Translations under genes and position numbers: made by a program
Part shown: positions 15,189-23,980 of the stretch, piece after piece
How positions within the stretch are numbered: position 1 is the first letter of the stretch
How the letters are laid out: each line of letters begins with the position of its first letter
Notes under the pieces: model-generated
What the model was told of the DNA's origin: nothing
Seen by the model: the letters and a program-made list of their open reading frames with translations, nothing else
Database searches by the model: none
Origin: a virus
Direction: 5' to 3' (one strand)
Virus record (IMG/VR): IMGVR_UViG_3300045988_077113
DNA: 50,745 nucleotides

Positions 15189-16241
15189 ATGATGGTAAAA
15201 ACAATTTGCACTTGCGACCGGTGCGGAAAGACGTTCGATGAAGTAAATTCAAAGACAATCAAAATCGTTCCGGCTAGAGCGGAGAGAAAAAAGAAAAGTC
15301 AGGAATCGAAGAAAAACGGCCTGTTTTGCGGTCTTTTCGACTTTATCAACAGATACACGGTAAAAGATTTTGCCCGGAGTGTATCGAAGAAATTAAGGGC
15401 TTTATCCAGAAAGGAGCGATCGAGAGTGAAAACAGTCCTGATAAGCATTAAGGAAAAATGGTGGAAGAAAATTTTTTCCGGGGAAAAGGAATTGGAAATC
15501 CGCAAGAACAGACCGAAGGGGATTGAATATCCCTTCCGGGTTGTCTGCTATGTGACCGGACGCGGAATCATGGGCGCGTTTACTTGCGACTATATCAAGA
15601 AAACCAACGATTACAAGGAACTTTCGGAATGTTCCGGCCTGGAACCTGGCGAATTATTCGAATACGCAAACGGGGCCAACGGAAAAACCGATACTTGTCT
15701 TTATGGCTGGCACGTCCAGGAAGGAACGCCGGTTGAATTCGACCAGGCGTTCAAGATTGACACGGCCGGAGTTACCAGACCGCCGCAAAGCTGGTGTTAT
15801 ATCCAGGAATACACAGCGAACCTGGTCGCGTATAGCTTCGATGGCGAGACTTACGGAGCCACCTATAACAACACGAAAGAAGCCTTGAAGGACGCGATCG
15901 CGGAATTTGAGGAATTCAAGAAATATCCACCGAAAAGAGGGATTCCGAATAAGATCTTCGTCGGCCAGTGTGAATTTTATCGTCCGTCGCTTTCAAATTC
16001 TGGTTACGACGTGATCGAAGCGGTTCAGTGCCAGGCCCAGGACGAGGGCGGCGAGTGGGCCGATGATTACCTGGACGACGCCACAAGGGAACAGATCGAA
16101 GAACTGGAAAGCGGCCTTGAAGCTGTCTTCCAGGAATGGATCCAGAAATATAATTTTTACCCGAATTTTTACACGATCCCGGCCGCGGATGTTTACACTT
16201 ACGACGGCAAACAGCTTATCCAGGAAGGGGACGCGAAATGA
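15189..16241 (+). CDS. ASCH-domain-like protein with N-terminal zinc knuckle
   Basis: The segment VLISIKEKWWKKIFSGEKELEIRKNRP resembles an ASCH/PUA-like fold. CTCDRCG lies at the N-terminus. Confidence 0.5.
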   Translation: MMVKTICTCDRCGKTFDEVNSKTIKIVPARAERKKKSQESKKNGLFCGLFDFINRYTVKDFARSVSKKLRALSRKERSRVKTVLISIKEKWWKKIFSGEKELEIRKNRPKGIEYPFRVVCYVTGRGIMGAFTCDYIKKTNDYKELSECSGLEPGELFEYANGANGKTDTCLYGWHVQEGTPVEFDQAFKIDTAGVTRPPQSWCYIQEYTANLVAYSFDGETYGATYNNTKEALKDAIAEFEEFKKYPPKRGIPNKIFVGQCEFYRPSLSNSGYDVIEAVQCQAQDEGGEWADDYLDDATREQIEELESGLEAVFQEWIQKYNFYPNFYTIPAADVYTYDGKQLIQEGDAK

Positions 16242-16414
16242 AAGCCCTGGTTATAATGGCCGCCGCCGTGGTATTCCTGGCGTTTATCTTCGCACTGGCC
16301 GCGGCCGCGTCGTGCAAAAGCGACGATGAAAAGAAGGACGAAGATCGGGAACAGGAAGAATGGATCTTGAAGACCAGAAAGGAAAAGAAATGGAAAATCA
16401 ACAGGAAAGAATAA
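16238..16414 (+). CDS. Small membrane protein (58 aa)
   Basis: ATGA start/stop overlap. Hydrophobic N-terminus ALVIMAAAVVFLAFIFALAAAA followed by a charged tail. Confidence 0.4.
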   Translation: MKALVIMAAAVVFLAFIFALAAAASCKSDDEKKDEDREQEEWILKTRKEKKWKINRKE

Positions 16415-16611
16415 ATAAATTTATGTCCCTTATGACCGAAGCCAGCCAGGCGACCGGGATCACCTACGCGGTGGAACAGGGACAGGCGCTTGTCGTTTTT
16501 GACCTGGTAAAGAATGAACCGGTTGAACTGGAAATCGTTGTCGGAACCGAAGCAGTCCGCGAGAATGGACAGACATCGTTTACAACCTTCGACCGGTCGA
16601 ATGTCGAGTAA
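16390..16611 (+). CDS. Hypothetical protein (73 aa)
   Basis: ATG at 16390 after agaaaggaaaagaa. Confidence 0.45.
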   Translation: MENQQERINKFMSLMTEASQATGITYAVEQGQALVVFDLVKNEPVELEIVVGTEAVRENGQTSFTTFDRSNVE

Positions 16612-17548
16612 AAAGAAAATCGGTCTGATTGATGTTGACGGACATAATTTCCCGAATATCCCATTGATGAAAATATCGGCATACCACAAGGCACGCGGCG
16701 ACGATGTTTCGTGGTATCAGCCGTTATTTTCGGGACACATGGATCGGGTGTATATGTCAAAAGTATTCAGCTTTACACCGGATTATGAATATTATATCGA
16801 CACCGACGAAGTAATAAAAGGCGGATCCGGTTATTGTATTTCTTTAAAGGACGGAAAAGAAGAATTCGACAAAACGAAGGACATTCCGCTTCCACCGGAA
16901 ATAGAACATATTTATCCAGATTATGGCCTTTACGGAATAACCGACACGGCTTACGGATTTCTTACAAGAGGATGTCCGCGCGGTTGTGACTTTTGCCATG
17001 TGGCCGTGAAAGAAGGAAAATGTTCGGTCAAGGTTGCCGATCTATCCGAATTCTGGCATGGACAGAAAAATATAATGCTATGCGATCCGAATATTTTAGC
17101 TTGTCGGGATTGGAAAGAATTATTGCAACAGCTAATAGACAGCAAAGCAAGGATAAATATAAATCAGGGCCTAGATATTCGATTGATGACCGAAGAAAAG
17201 GCGGAAATGATCGGAAAACTTCGCGTCGAAAGCGTTCATTTTGCCTGGGATAAATACCAGGACAAAGAAGCAATCCTTCCGAAGTTCCAGCAGTTCAAGG
17301 AAATAACCGGATGGGGAGCCAGGAAAACAAGTGTGTATGTCCTGACGAATTTTGATACTACCTTCGAACAAGATCTTGAAAGAATTTATACACTTCGCGA
17401 TCTGGGTTACGATCCTTACGTGATGATTTACGACAAGGAACACACGAAAGGGAGTGATCCGGTTCGGCTTCTTCAAAGGTATGTGAATAATAGACGGATA
17501 TTCCGAACAATCAGCCGATTTGAAGACTATGATCCGAAAAAAGGATAA
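16601..17548 (+). CDS. Radical SAM domain protein
   Basis: CPRGCDFC matches the CxxxCxxC cluster motif. ATG at 16601 overlaps the upstream stop. Confidence 0.75.
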   Translation: MSSKKKIGLIDVDGHNFPNIPLMKISAYHKARGDDVSWYQPLFSGHMDRVYMSKVFSFTPDYEYYIDTDEVIKGGSGYCISLKDGKEEFDKTKDIPLPPEIEHIYPDYGLYGITDTAYGFLTRGCPRGCDFCHVAVKEGKCSVKVADLSEFWHGQKNIMLCDPNILACRDWKELLQQLIDSKARININQGLDIRLMTEEKAEMIGKLRVESVHFAWDKYQDKEAILPKFQQFKEITGWGARKTSVYVLTNFDTTFEQDLERIYTLRDLGYDPYVMIYDKEHTKGSDPVRLLQRYVNNRRIFRTISRFEDYDPKKG

Positions 17549-17695
17549 TTAAGGAGTGGAAAACAAAGAAAAGAAACCAAAAAACGAAACGGAACCTTCG
17601 GGGATCCTGGATGATTACGAATGTGACGGTCAAATGTCAATTTATGACTTCCCCGAATGGCTTCCTGATAGCATAAACACGAAAGGAAAGAATGA

Positions 17696-18132
17696 ATGAA
17701 CACAAATGCTATGTTTTCCAGCAAAACGGACGCATGGGCCACGCCGAAGGCGTTCTTTGCTGAACTTGACAAGGAATTTCATTTCGACCTGGATCCGTGT
17801 GCTGATGAATTCAATCATAAGTGCGAAAAATATTATACCATCGCCGACAATGGCCTTTTGAAAGAATGGGGGGGGGGCATAGGGTATTTTGCAATCCCCC
17901 GTATGGCCGGGAAATAGGAAAATGGGTGGAAAAAGCCTTTCGCACGAATGAGGATCACGGAAACCTTGTCGTTATGTTATTACCAGCGCGAACCGATACA
18001 AAATGGTTCCACGATTACATATACCACAAAGCGGAAATTCGCTTCATACGTGGTCGCCTGAAATTCGGCGATAGTAAAAATAGCGCCCCTTTTCCGTCAA
18101 TGGTCGTCGTTTACGGCCAGAAAGGAAACTAG
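17696..18132 (+). pseudogene. Phage-type DNA N6-adenine methyltransferase (Dam family) split by a frameshift in a G10 tract
   Basis: Track ORFs 17696..17917 and 17821..18132 together give FSSKTDAWATPKAFFAELDKEFHFDLDPCA...VFCNPPYGREIGKW...LLPARTDTKWFH. The frames join if the G run is 8 or 11 nt. Confidence 0.8.
17868..17877 (+). repeat. Homopolymeric G10 tract
   Basis: Counted directly from the sequence. Confidence 0.9.
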
Positions 18133-18135
18133 AGC

Positions 18136-18411
18136 ATGGGAAAGAAAAATAAACGCCCGGAATATGTCATAATTTGCCGGGAATTCAATCGGGCCGCGGC
18201 CAGGATTGATATAACAGTCATAGACAAAGGCGTCACCGATCACCTGATGGACAGCCTTATAAAACTTCATTTACGCGATCCACACAAGCGTTATTTTCTG
18301 ACCTTGAAAAAGGATTTTCAGATTTACGGCGCGGTTTGGAAGAAGCAGATCGAAACGATGGACATTAAGAACAATAAAAGAATTGTTGAACTGGGGGTTG
18401 ACCTGGAATGA
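18136..18411 (+). CDS. Hypothetical protein (91 aa)
   Basis: ORF with SD. Tightly packed with its neighbours. Confidence 0.5.
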   Translation: MGKKNKRPEYVIICREFNRAAARIDITVIDKGVTDHLMDSLIKLHLRDPHKRYFLTLKKDFQIYGAVWKKQIETMDIKNNKRIVELGVDLE

Positions 18412-18965
18412 TCCACGAAAAGCAGATAATAATATTTTTTATATGTGTTATCGCCGGCGCGGTGGCGTCGGCGGCCACACACGCGATCAAAGGCCGGATC
18501 AGCCAAAAGGAGTATATGAAAATGCAAAGAAAAAGGGCGTTTCGGCAATTTTTAGAATACGAAAAAAGAAAGGCAGTACATGAAGCAATGAAAAAATGTG
18601 AAATGGGCGGATACGTGCCGCCGGTAGAACCAGACAGACTTGTGATGTTACCACCGTGGCCGGCCGGAATGTTGCGGCCTTGCCTAATTGATCCAAAAGA
18701 CAACCCGACGAAGGCGTGGTTCCATCGTTGGACTGAGCGAAGCGAAATTATTCCGCCTAGTCCTATGATTGGCGGACATTCTGGCGGCGTGTTAAAATAT
18801 GCGCTTGCGCTTGTGGAATTTGAGGACGGCCACGTCCGCGAAGTTGCCCCGGAACGGGTAAAATTTACAGATACGGAAATTCGGGATTGCTATTTTCCTG
18901 GAAAAATGAGAAAGCGAGGGAAAGAACATGGCGAGGAAGAAAAAGAACCAGGAAAACGCGAATGA
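18408..18965 (+). CDS. Hypothetical membrane-anchored protein (185 aa)
   Basis: N-terminal TM helix IIIFFICVIAGAVASAA. ATGA overlap with the upstream gene. Confidence 0.5.
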   Translation: MIHEKQIIIFFICVIAGAVASAATHAIKGRISQKEYMKMQRKRAFRQFLEYEKRKAVHEAMKKCEMGGYVPPVEPDRLVMLPPWPAGMLRPCLIDPKDNPTKAWFHRWTERSEIIPPSPMIGGHSGGVLKYALALVEFEDGHVREVAPERVKFTDTEIRDCYFPGKMRKRGKEHGEEEKEPGKRE

Positions 18966-19164
18966 AACCGAAGATTTCAAGCCGACACCGCTAAACGATA
19001 ACGATCCAGAACTTGAAACGGCTTATTTGAATTCTTATTCGGTGGAAACGAAGGATATTCCAAAAGACGCGAAGCTGATCGGAGTTATCGAAGCCCTGGC
19101 CTTCCCGGTGGAGATCTACCAGGACGCCGACGGGAATTATATTTCATGTGTACAAGAAAGGTGA
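18928..19164 (+). CDS. Hypothetical protein (78 aa)
   Basis: SD gagggaaagaacATG. Confidence 0.45.
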   Translation: MARKKKNQENANETEDFKPTPLNDNDPELETAYLNSYSVETKDIPKDAKLIGVIEALAFPVEIYQDADGNYISCVQER

Positions 19165-19168
19165 GGAA

Positions 19169-19387
19169 ATGAGCAAAGAAGAAGCGGTTCAATTACTGAC
19201 CGCGGCCGGATATAAAGCGAAAGTCGAAAATTCGGTCGTGATTGCCAGGGTTGAGAATTTCACAAAGAAAGAATTTGAAAAAGTCCGAAAAATCCTGAAA
19301 GACGCCGGTTATAATAGCAGTTTCGGGATCAAGGAATCGAAAAGGGAAGAAAAGAATGTCCAGGACGAAGAATCCGCAGAAACTTAA
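19169..19387 (+). CDS. Hypothetical protein (72 aa)
   Basis: ATG at 19169 after aaaggtgaggaa. Confidence 0.5.
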   Translation: MSKEEAVQLLTAAGYKAKVENSVVIARVENFTKKEFEKVRKILKDAGYNSSFGIKESKREEKNVQDEESAET

Positions 19388-19541
19388 AGCCGGCGACACG
19401 ATAAAATGTCGGGACGCGGACGACGCGATCAGGATGTCCGAAGAACTTCTGAAAGCTGGGATCTATACCGATTTTCTTTATTACAAAGACGGAAAACGGG
19501 GCTTGTGGCTGGAAGTGGTGAAAGATTATGAAAACGGTTGA
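19356..19541 (+). CDS. Hypothetical protein (61 aa)
   Basis: ORF with SD gggaagaaaagaATG. Confidence 0.45.
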   Translation: MSRTKNPQKLKAGDTIKCRDADDAIRMSEELLKAGIYTDFLYYKDGKRGLWLEVVKDYENG

Positions 19542-19656
19542 TTTGACAAAAAGATTGTTGTAAAATAAAAGGACGGAACGCCGTTTCCGACTTCTCCGCC
19601 CACAAAACCTTTAATAATCATAGCACGAAGCGGCCGTGATTGCAAGGGGAAGTCTA

Positions 19657-20106
19657 ATGGCGAAACCGTCTAATAACAACGAAAGGAACCTTTTTAGAGA
19701 CATTGACCTTCAAATTATGTTGTGTAATGAGCGAATCAAAAATCACAGAAGGTCGATTGACAAGATCAAAAAAATGTGTGGGTGGAATGGCCCTTCTGGC
19801 GTTGGTGGAATTGACTATTCGAAAGAGTCTTCGCCTAGCACTCACATTTCTTTTCTGGAAGGGCTGGAACTGATCCAGCGCGACGAAGCGAACATCCGAA
19901 CACTGACAGAGGAACGGAAGGAACTTCGCCGGAGCAAAAAGCGCGTGCAAAAGATTTATTCGAGCCTGACCGGCTACGAAGAAAAAATCTATTACAACCG
20001 CGTGATTTTGAAAGAGACACAGCAAAGAACCGCCGAAAAAATCGGTCTGTCCGTCCGCCAGGAACAGCGGATCGAAGGGGACATGAAAGACCGCGGCTTG
20101 ATCTGA
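19657..20106 (+). CDS. Putative late-gene transcriptional regulator (sigma region-4-like / RinA-ArpU-like HTH)
   Basis: C-terminal HTH TQQRTAEKIGLSVRQEQRIEGDM. It is the last early gene before the packaging genes. Confidence 0.5.
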   Translation: MAKPSNNNERNLFRDIDLQIMLCNERIKNHRRSIDKIKKMCGWNGPSGVGGIDYSKESSPSTHISFLEGLELIQRDEANIRTLTEERKELRRSKKRVQKIYSSLTGYEEKIYYNRVILKETQQRTAEKIGLSVRQEQRIEGDMKDRGLI

Positions 20107-20211
20107 AAATGAAAATTTTTTGAAACGAAAATTTTTCAAAAATTTGAACCGGTTTTTGAAAGACCGAAAGTTCGAAAAACCCAGTAAATACACGGGGAAG
20201 TGTAAAAATAC

Positions 20212-20276
20212 AATGTCGTATTTCATGTCGTGTTTTATGTCGTAAAAATGTCGTAAAAGATGTCGTGGAAATGTCG
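20212..20276 (+). repeat. Six direct ATGTCGT heptamers at 11-12-bp spacing
   Basis: Copies start at 20212, 20224, 20236, 20247, 20259 and 20270. Confidence 0.85.
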
Positions 20277-20285
20277 TGTTCCCGT

Positions 20286-20294
20286 GTGCTATAA
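20286..20294 (+). promoter_or_regulatory. Extended -10 element TGcTATAAT without a good -35
   Basis: Read directly. The heptamer array occupies the -35 and upstream region. Confidence 0.5.
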
Positions 20295-20333
20295 TGTGTA
20301 TGTTGATAAGTGGATCAATAAGACCTTCGAAAA

Positions 20334-20359
20334 GGCGTCGCAGAAATGCGGCGCTTTTT
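20334..20359 (+). terminator. Promoter-proximal intrinsic terminator
   Basis: GCGTCGC-agaaat-GCGGCGC (one G-U pair) followed by TTTTTT, about 40 nt after the -10. Confidence 0.6.
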
Positions 20360-20390
20360 TCATGCCTGAAAAAGAAAGGGGGCGTAAACG

Positions 20391-20951
20391 ATGAACACGG
20401 TCGAACCGATCCGGGACATGGATCTTGTTATGGATCTGGCCGACTATCTGAAATCGAACAACGAAAGAGATTACGTCCTTTTTATGTTCGGAATTTATAC
20501 GGGCCTTCGAATTTCTGACATCCTAAAATTTCGCGTGCGCGATGTAAAGGGGAAAGACGCGGCTTATATTCGAGAGAAGAAAACCGGGAAGGAAAAGCGT
20601 TTCCCGATAAATTCAGAGTTACGGCCAGTTATCGACGAATATATTTCCGGGAAGCGTGACTTTGAATATCTGTTCCGTTCCCCGAACTATCAGAACAAAG
20701 CAATCACACGCCAGCAAGCCTATAACATATTATCGGCGGCCGGCCGGAAGTTTGGCCTGGACAGCATAGGAACGCACACATTACGAAAGACGTTCGGCTA
20801 TCATATGTACCAGCAGACACACGACGCCGTGACACTGAAAGAGATCTTCAACCATGCAGACATAAGCGTCACACTTCGGTACATCGGGATCAACCAGGAC
20901 AACAAAGACAAACTGATTAAGGGCCTGACCTTCAAGCATGGCCGCAAATAA
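20391..20951 (+). CDS. Small tyrosine recombinase (186 aa)
   Basis: Catalytic signature GLRISD, HTLRKTFGYHMY and HADISVTLRYIG (R, HxxR, H, Y). Confidence 0.85.
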   Translation: MNTVEPIRDMDLVMDLADYLKSNNERDYVLFMFGIYTGLRISDILKFRVRDVKGKDAAYIREKKTGKEKRFPINSELRPVIDEYISGKRDFEYLFRSPNYQNKAITRQQAYNILSAAGRKFGLDSIGTHTLRKTFGYHMYQQTHDAVTLKEIFNHADISVTLRYIGINQDNKDKLIKGLTFKHGRK

Positions 20952-21309
20952 AAGAACACCCAGACACGCCTTGAAGACGCGCGAAGAATGGGAAGTTCTT
21001 TTTCTTTTTGCCCTGTACTTGACACAACGGGCGCGTGACAAGTGACGGTGTAGCCTTTTGTTCGCACTATAATGAAAGCGGACGTCCACCGACCATTTGA
21101 CACAATAGTAAGATATGACAAGAGAGGGGAGCGACCGACGGAGCGACCGGACATGACGGTTTTTTGAAAAAAATTCCCGAAAAAATTTTAGGTTCTTCCG
21201 CCGGACAAAATTTTGTTGCGGGTCTACGAGGCCCAAAATCTTCCCAGATACAGAAAAAAAATAACGAAAGTTGCCGTTTCCGTTTCGGGCGGCAGAAAGG
21301 GGGCCAGGT

Positions 21310-21870
21310 ATGGCAAAACAGGAAACAGAATCGGCGAAAGTCACGGATATAGACAGCCTGACCGTATCAGCGGCCGTCCTGGGGAACATTTTCGGAGTCA
21401 CCGACCGAAGGATCCGCCAGATGGCAGAAGAAGGAATCATCGTCCGGGCGGCGAAGGGACGTTATAACCTGGTCGATTCCTTGAAGAACTATATTCTTTC
21501 GCTGAAACTGGCCGTTGACAGCAACGACGGCGACAATCCAGACGGCGAACTGAACTTCGAAGAAGAAAAAGCCCTTCACGAAAGAGTCAAGCGTCATATT
21601 TCAGAAATGAAATTGCAGACCATGAAGGGAGAACTTCACAAGGCGGACGACGTTCGCCATGTTATGACCGATATGTTATCGTCCTTCAAAACAAGAATGA
21701 TGAACATTCCGGCCAAAGTTGCCCCAGTCCTGGAAGACCGCGACGCCGGTTATATCAAGGAACGCCTGACGTCGGAAGTCACGGAAGCGCTGAACGAATT
21801 AAAAGACTACAATCCGGCTGATTTTTATAGTGACGAATACGTGGAAGGTGAAGACGATGAACAAATCTGA
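21310..21870 (+). CDS. Terminase small subunit (Nu1-like HTH)
   Basis: HTH VSAAVLGNIFGVTDRRIRQMAEEGII. Located directly upstream of, and overlapping, the gpA-like large subunit. Confidence 0.7.
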   Translation: MAKQETESAKVTDIDSLTVSAAVLGNIFGVTDRRIRQMAEEGIIVRAAKGRYNLVDSLKNYILSLKLAVDSNDGDNPDGELNFEEEKALHERVKRHISEMKLQTMKGELHKADDVRHVMTDMLSSFKTRMMNIPAKVAPVLEDRDAGYIKERLTSEVTEALNELKDYNPADFYSDEYVEGEDDEQI

Positions 21871-23710
21871 CCTTCAAATCGACTTTAAAACGGTGAAACT
21901 GTTCCGCGAGATCGCCCAGATTGTGGCGCCGCCCCCGATCCTGACAGTTAGCCAGTGGGCCGACCGGTACAGAAAACTTTCGGCAGAGTCCGCCGCGGAA
22001 CCCGGACAGTGGAACACAGACCGCGCCCCATATCAGCGCGAAATTCTGGACGCGGTAAACGATCCGGCGTGTGAAGAAGTGGTTATCATGTCTTCGGCCC
22101 AGGTCGGAAAAACGGAATTGATTTTGAACACGATCGGCTATTATGTTGACTACGATCCGGCGCCGATCCTGGTTGTCCAGCCTACCCTTGACATGGCGCA
22201 AGCCTTTTCGAAGGACAGACTGGCCCCGATGATCCGCGACACGCCGGCATTAACGGACAAAGTAAAGGATTCAAAATCCAGGGATTCCGGGAACACAATT
22301 CTTCACAAGAAATTTCCGGGCGGTCATATTACAATGGCCGGCGCGAATTCTCCGGCGTCCCTGGCGTCCCGTCCGATCCGAATTGTCCTGATGGATGAGA
22401 CGGACAGATACCCAGCCAGCGCTGGCGGCGAAGGAAATCCGATCAAATTAGCGGAAAAACGAACAAATACCTTCTGGAACCGAAAGAAAATCAAGGTTTC
22501 AACGCCTACAATCAAGGGCGAAAGCCAGATTGAAAAGGAATTTCTTTCCGGTTCACAGGAAGAATGGTGTGTTCCTTGCCCGTGTTGCGGCCGGTTCCAG
22601 CCTTACGAATGGGGGCGGATTCATTTTTCCGACGCGACAATGGAATGTTCGTTTTGCGGTGAACACATTTCCGAAATGGACTGGAAACAGCAGACCGGAA
22701 AATATATCGCGAAATTCCCGGATCGCCGCCGGAAAAGGTCGTTCCACTTAAACGAATTAGCGTCGCCCTGGAAACACTGGGAAGAAATTATCCGGGATTT
22801 CCAGGAAGCTAACAAGGAATTGAAGGAAAACGGCGACATAAACAAAATGAAGACCTTTATCAATACCAGTCTGGGCGAAACCTGGGAAGAACGCGGCAAG
22901 AGTGCCGACGACGATTCCCTTCTTTCACGCCGGGAACGCTACGAAGCAGAAATCCCGGACGGCGTTCTTCTTCTGACGGCCGGCGTCGATGTCCAGGACG
23001 ACCGTTTCGAAGTGGAGATCACCGGATGGGGCCGCGGCTATGAGTCGTGGGGGATCCGGTATGAAAAGATCTTCGGCGACCTGGAAAAAGACGAAACCTG
23101 GGATCGCCTGGAAGAATACCTTGACCGGGAATTATATTTCGCAAGCGGAACATCCCTTCTTCTGGCGTGTACTTGTATTGATACCGGCGGCCATTTCACA
23201 ACACAGTGTTATAAATGGCTGAAAAAGATGGAACGCAAGGGCAAGCGCATTTATGGAATTAAAGGAATGGGCGGCCCTGGAATACCACTGATCCACAAGG
23301 TATCGACAAACAACCAGTATAAAGTGAAGGTCTTTATCCTGGGCGTTGACAGTGGAAAAGAAATCCTTATGACGAGATTAAACACGGTTGACGAAGGGCC
23401 GGGGTATTGCCATTTTCCGATTAACGCTGAACGTGGTTACAATGAAACCTATATCAAGGGTATCAATAGCGAACAGCGTGTCGTTCACATTAAGGACGGC
23501 CGTCCAGTCATTAAGTGGGTGAAGAAATCGGGAACCCGAAACGAACCGCTAGATCTTCGCAACTATTCCACCGCGGCCGCGGAAATTCTTCGTCCGAACT
23601 GGGACGTTCTGGAAGGAAAAATCAAGGCCGGTATAAACTACATGAAAAAACAGCCGAAAAAGAAGGCTACCAAAAAAACAGGCGTCGCAAGCCGCGGCGT
23701 CCAGTTGTAA
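21857..23710 (+). CDS. Terminase large subunit (lambda gpA family)
   Basis: TVSQWADRYRKLSAESAAEPGQWNTDRAPYQREILDA and Walker A SSAQVGKTE. Confidence 0.9.
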   Translation: MNKSDLQIDFKTVKLFREIAQIVAPPPILTVSQWADRYRKLSAESAAEPGQWNTDRAPYQREILDAVNDPACEEVVIMSSAQVGKTELILNTIGYYVDYDPAPILVVQPTLDMAQAFSKDRLAPMIRDTPALTDKVKDSKSRDSGNTILHKKFPGGHITMAGANSPASLASRPIRIVLMDETDRYPASAGGEGNPIKLAEKRTNTFWNRKKIKVSTPTIKGESQIEKEFLSGSQEEWCVPCPCCGRFQPYEWGRIHFSDATMECSFCGEHISEMDWKQQTGKYIAKFPDRRRKRSFHLNELASPWKHWEEIIRDFQEANKELKENGDINKMKTFINTSLGETWEERGKSADDDSLLSRRERYEAEIPDGVLLLTAGVDVQDDRFEVEITGWGRGYESWGIRYEKIFGDLEKDETWDRLEEYLDRELYFASGTSLLLACTCIDTGGHFTTQCYKWLKKMERKGKRIYGIKGMGGPGIPLIHKVSTNNQYKVKVFILGVDSGKEILMTRLNTVDEGPGYCHFPINAERGYNETYIKGINSEQRVVHIKDGRPVIKWVKKSGTRNEPLDLRNYSTAAAEILRPNWDVLEGKIKAGINYMKKQPKKKATKKTGVASRGVQL

Positions 23711-23724
23711 GGGGGGTTGATAAG

Positions 23725-23964
23725 ATGGCGTTAAGTAGAGTGAAACAGGAACGCCTGGAAAGACTGAAAAAGCGCTTAAATCTGTACTATGAAGCAGAAG
23801 AAGCCGTTTTATTAAACCAGGAATACGTGATCGGAACAAAAAGCCTGAAACGTGCGGACTTATCCACGATCCGGGCAACGATCAAAGACATAGAAAAACA
23901 GGTTGAACAGTTGGAAGCCGGCGGAAGGAATTTCGCCGGTCGTTTTATTCCACGGGATATTTGA
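23725..23964 (+). CDS. Head-tail joining protein (gpW-like)
   Basis: 79 aa, located between terminase and portal as in lambda. Confidence 0.6.
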   Translation: MALSRVKQERLERLKKRLNLYYEAEEAVLLNQEYVIGTKSLKRADLSTIRATIKDIEKQVEQLEAGGRNFAGRFIPRDI

Positions 23965-23980
23965 GAAAGGCGGTGCAAAA

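Noticed and set aside
17556-17700. Small ORF between the radical-SAM and methylase genes (..GQMSIYDFPEWLPDS..)
   Set aside because: The only long version starts at a GTG that overlaps its own AAGGAG. The first in-frame ATG leaves 21 codons. This is too weak to call.
20781-21440. 219-aa minus-strand ORF
   Set aside because: It is antisense to the tyrosine recombinase 3' end, the cos-like gap and the terS start. It has no SD and an Arg/Ser-rich composition typical of antisense frames.
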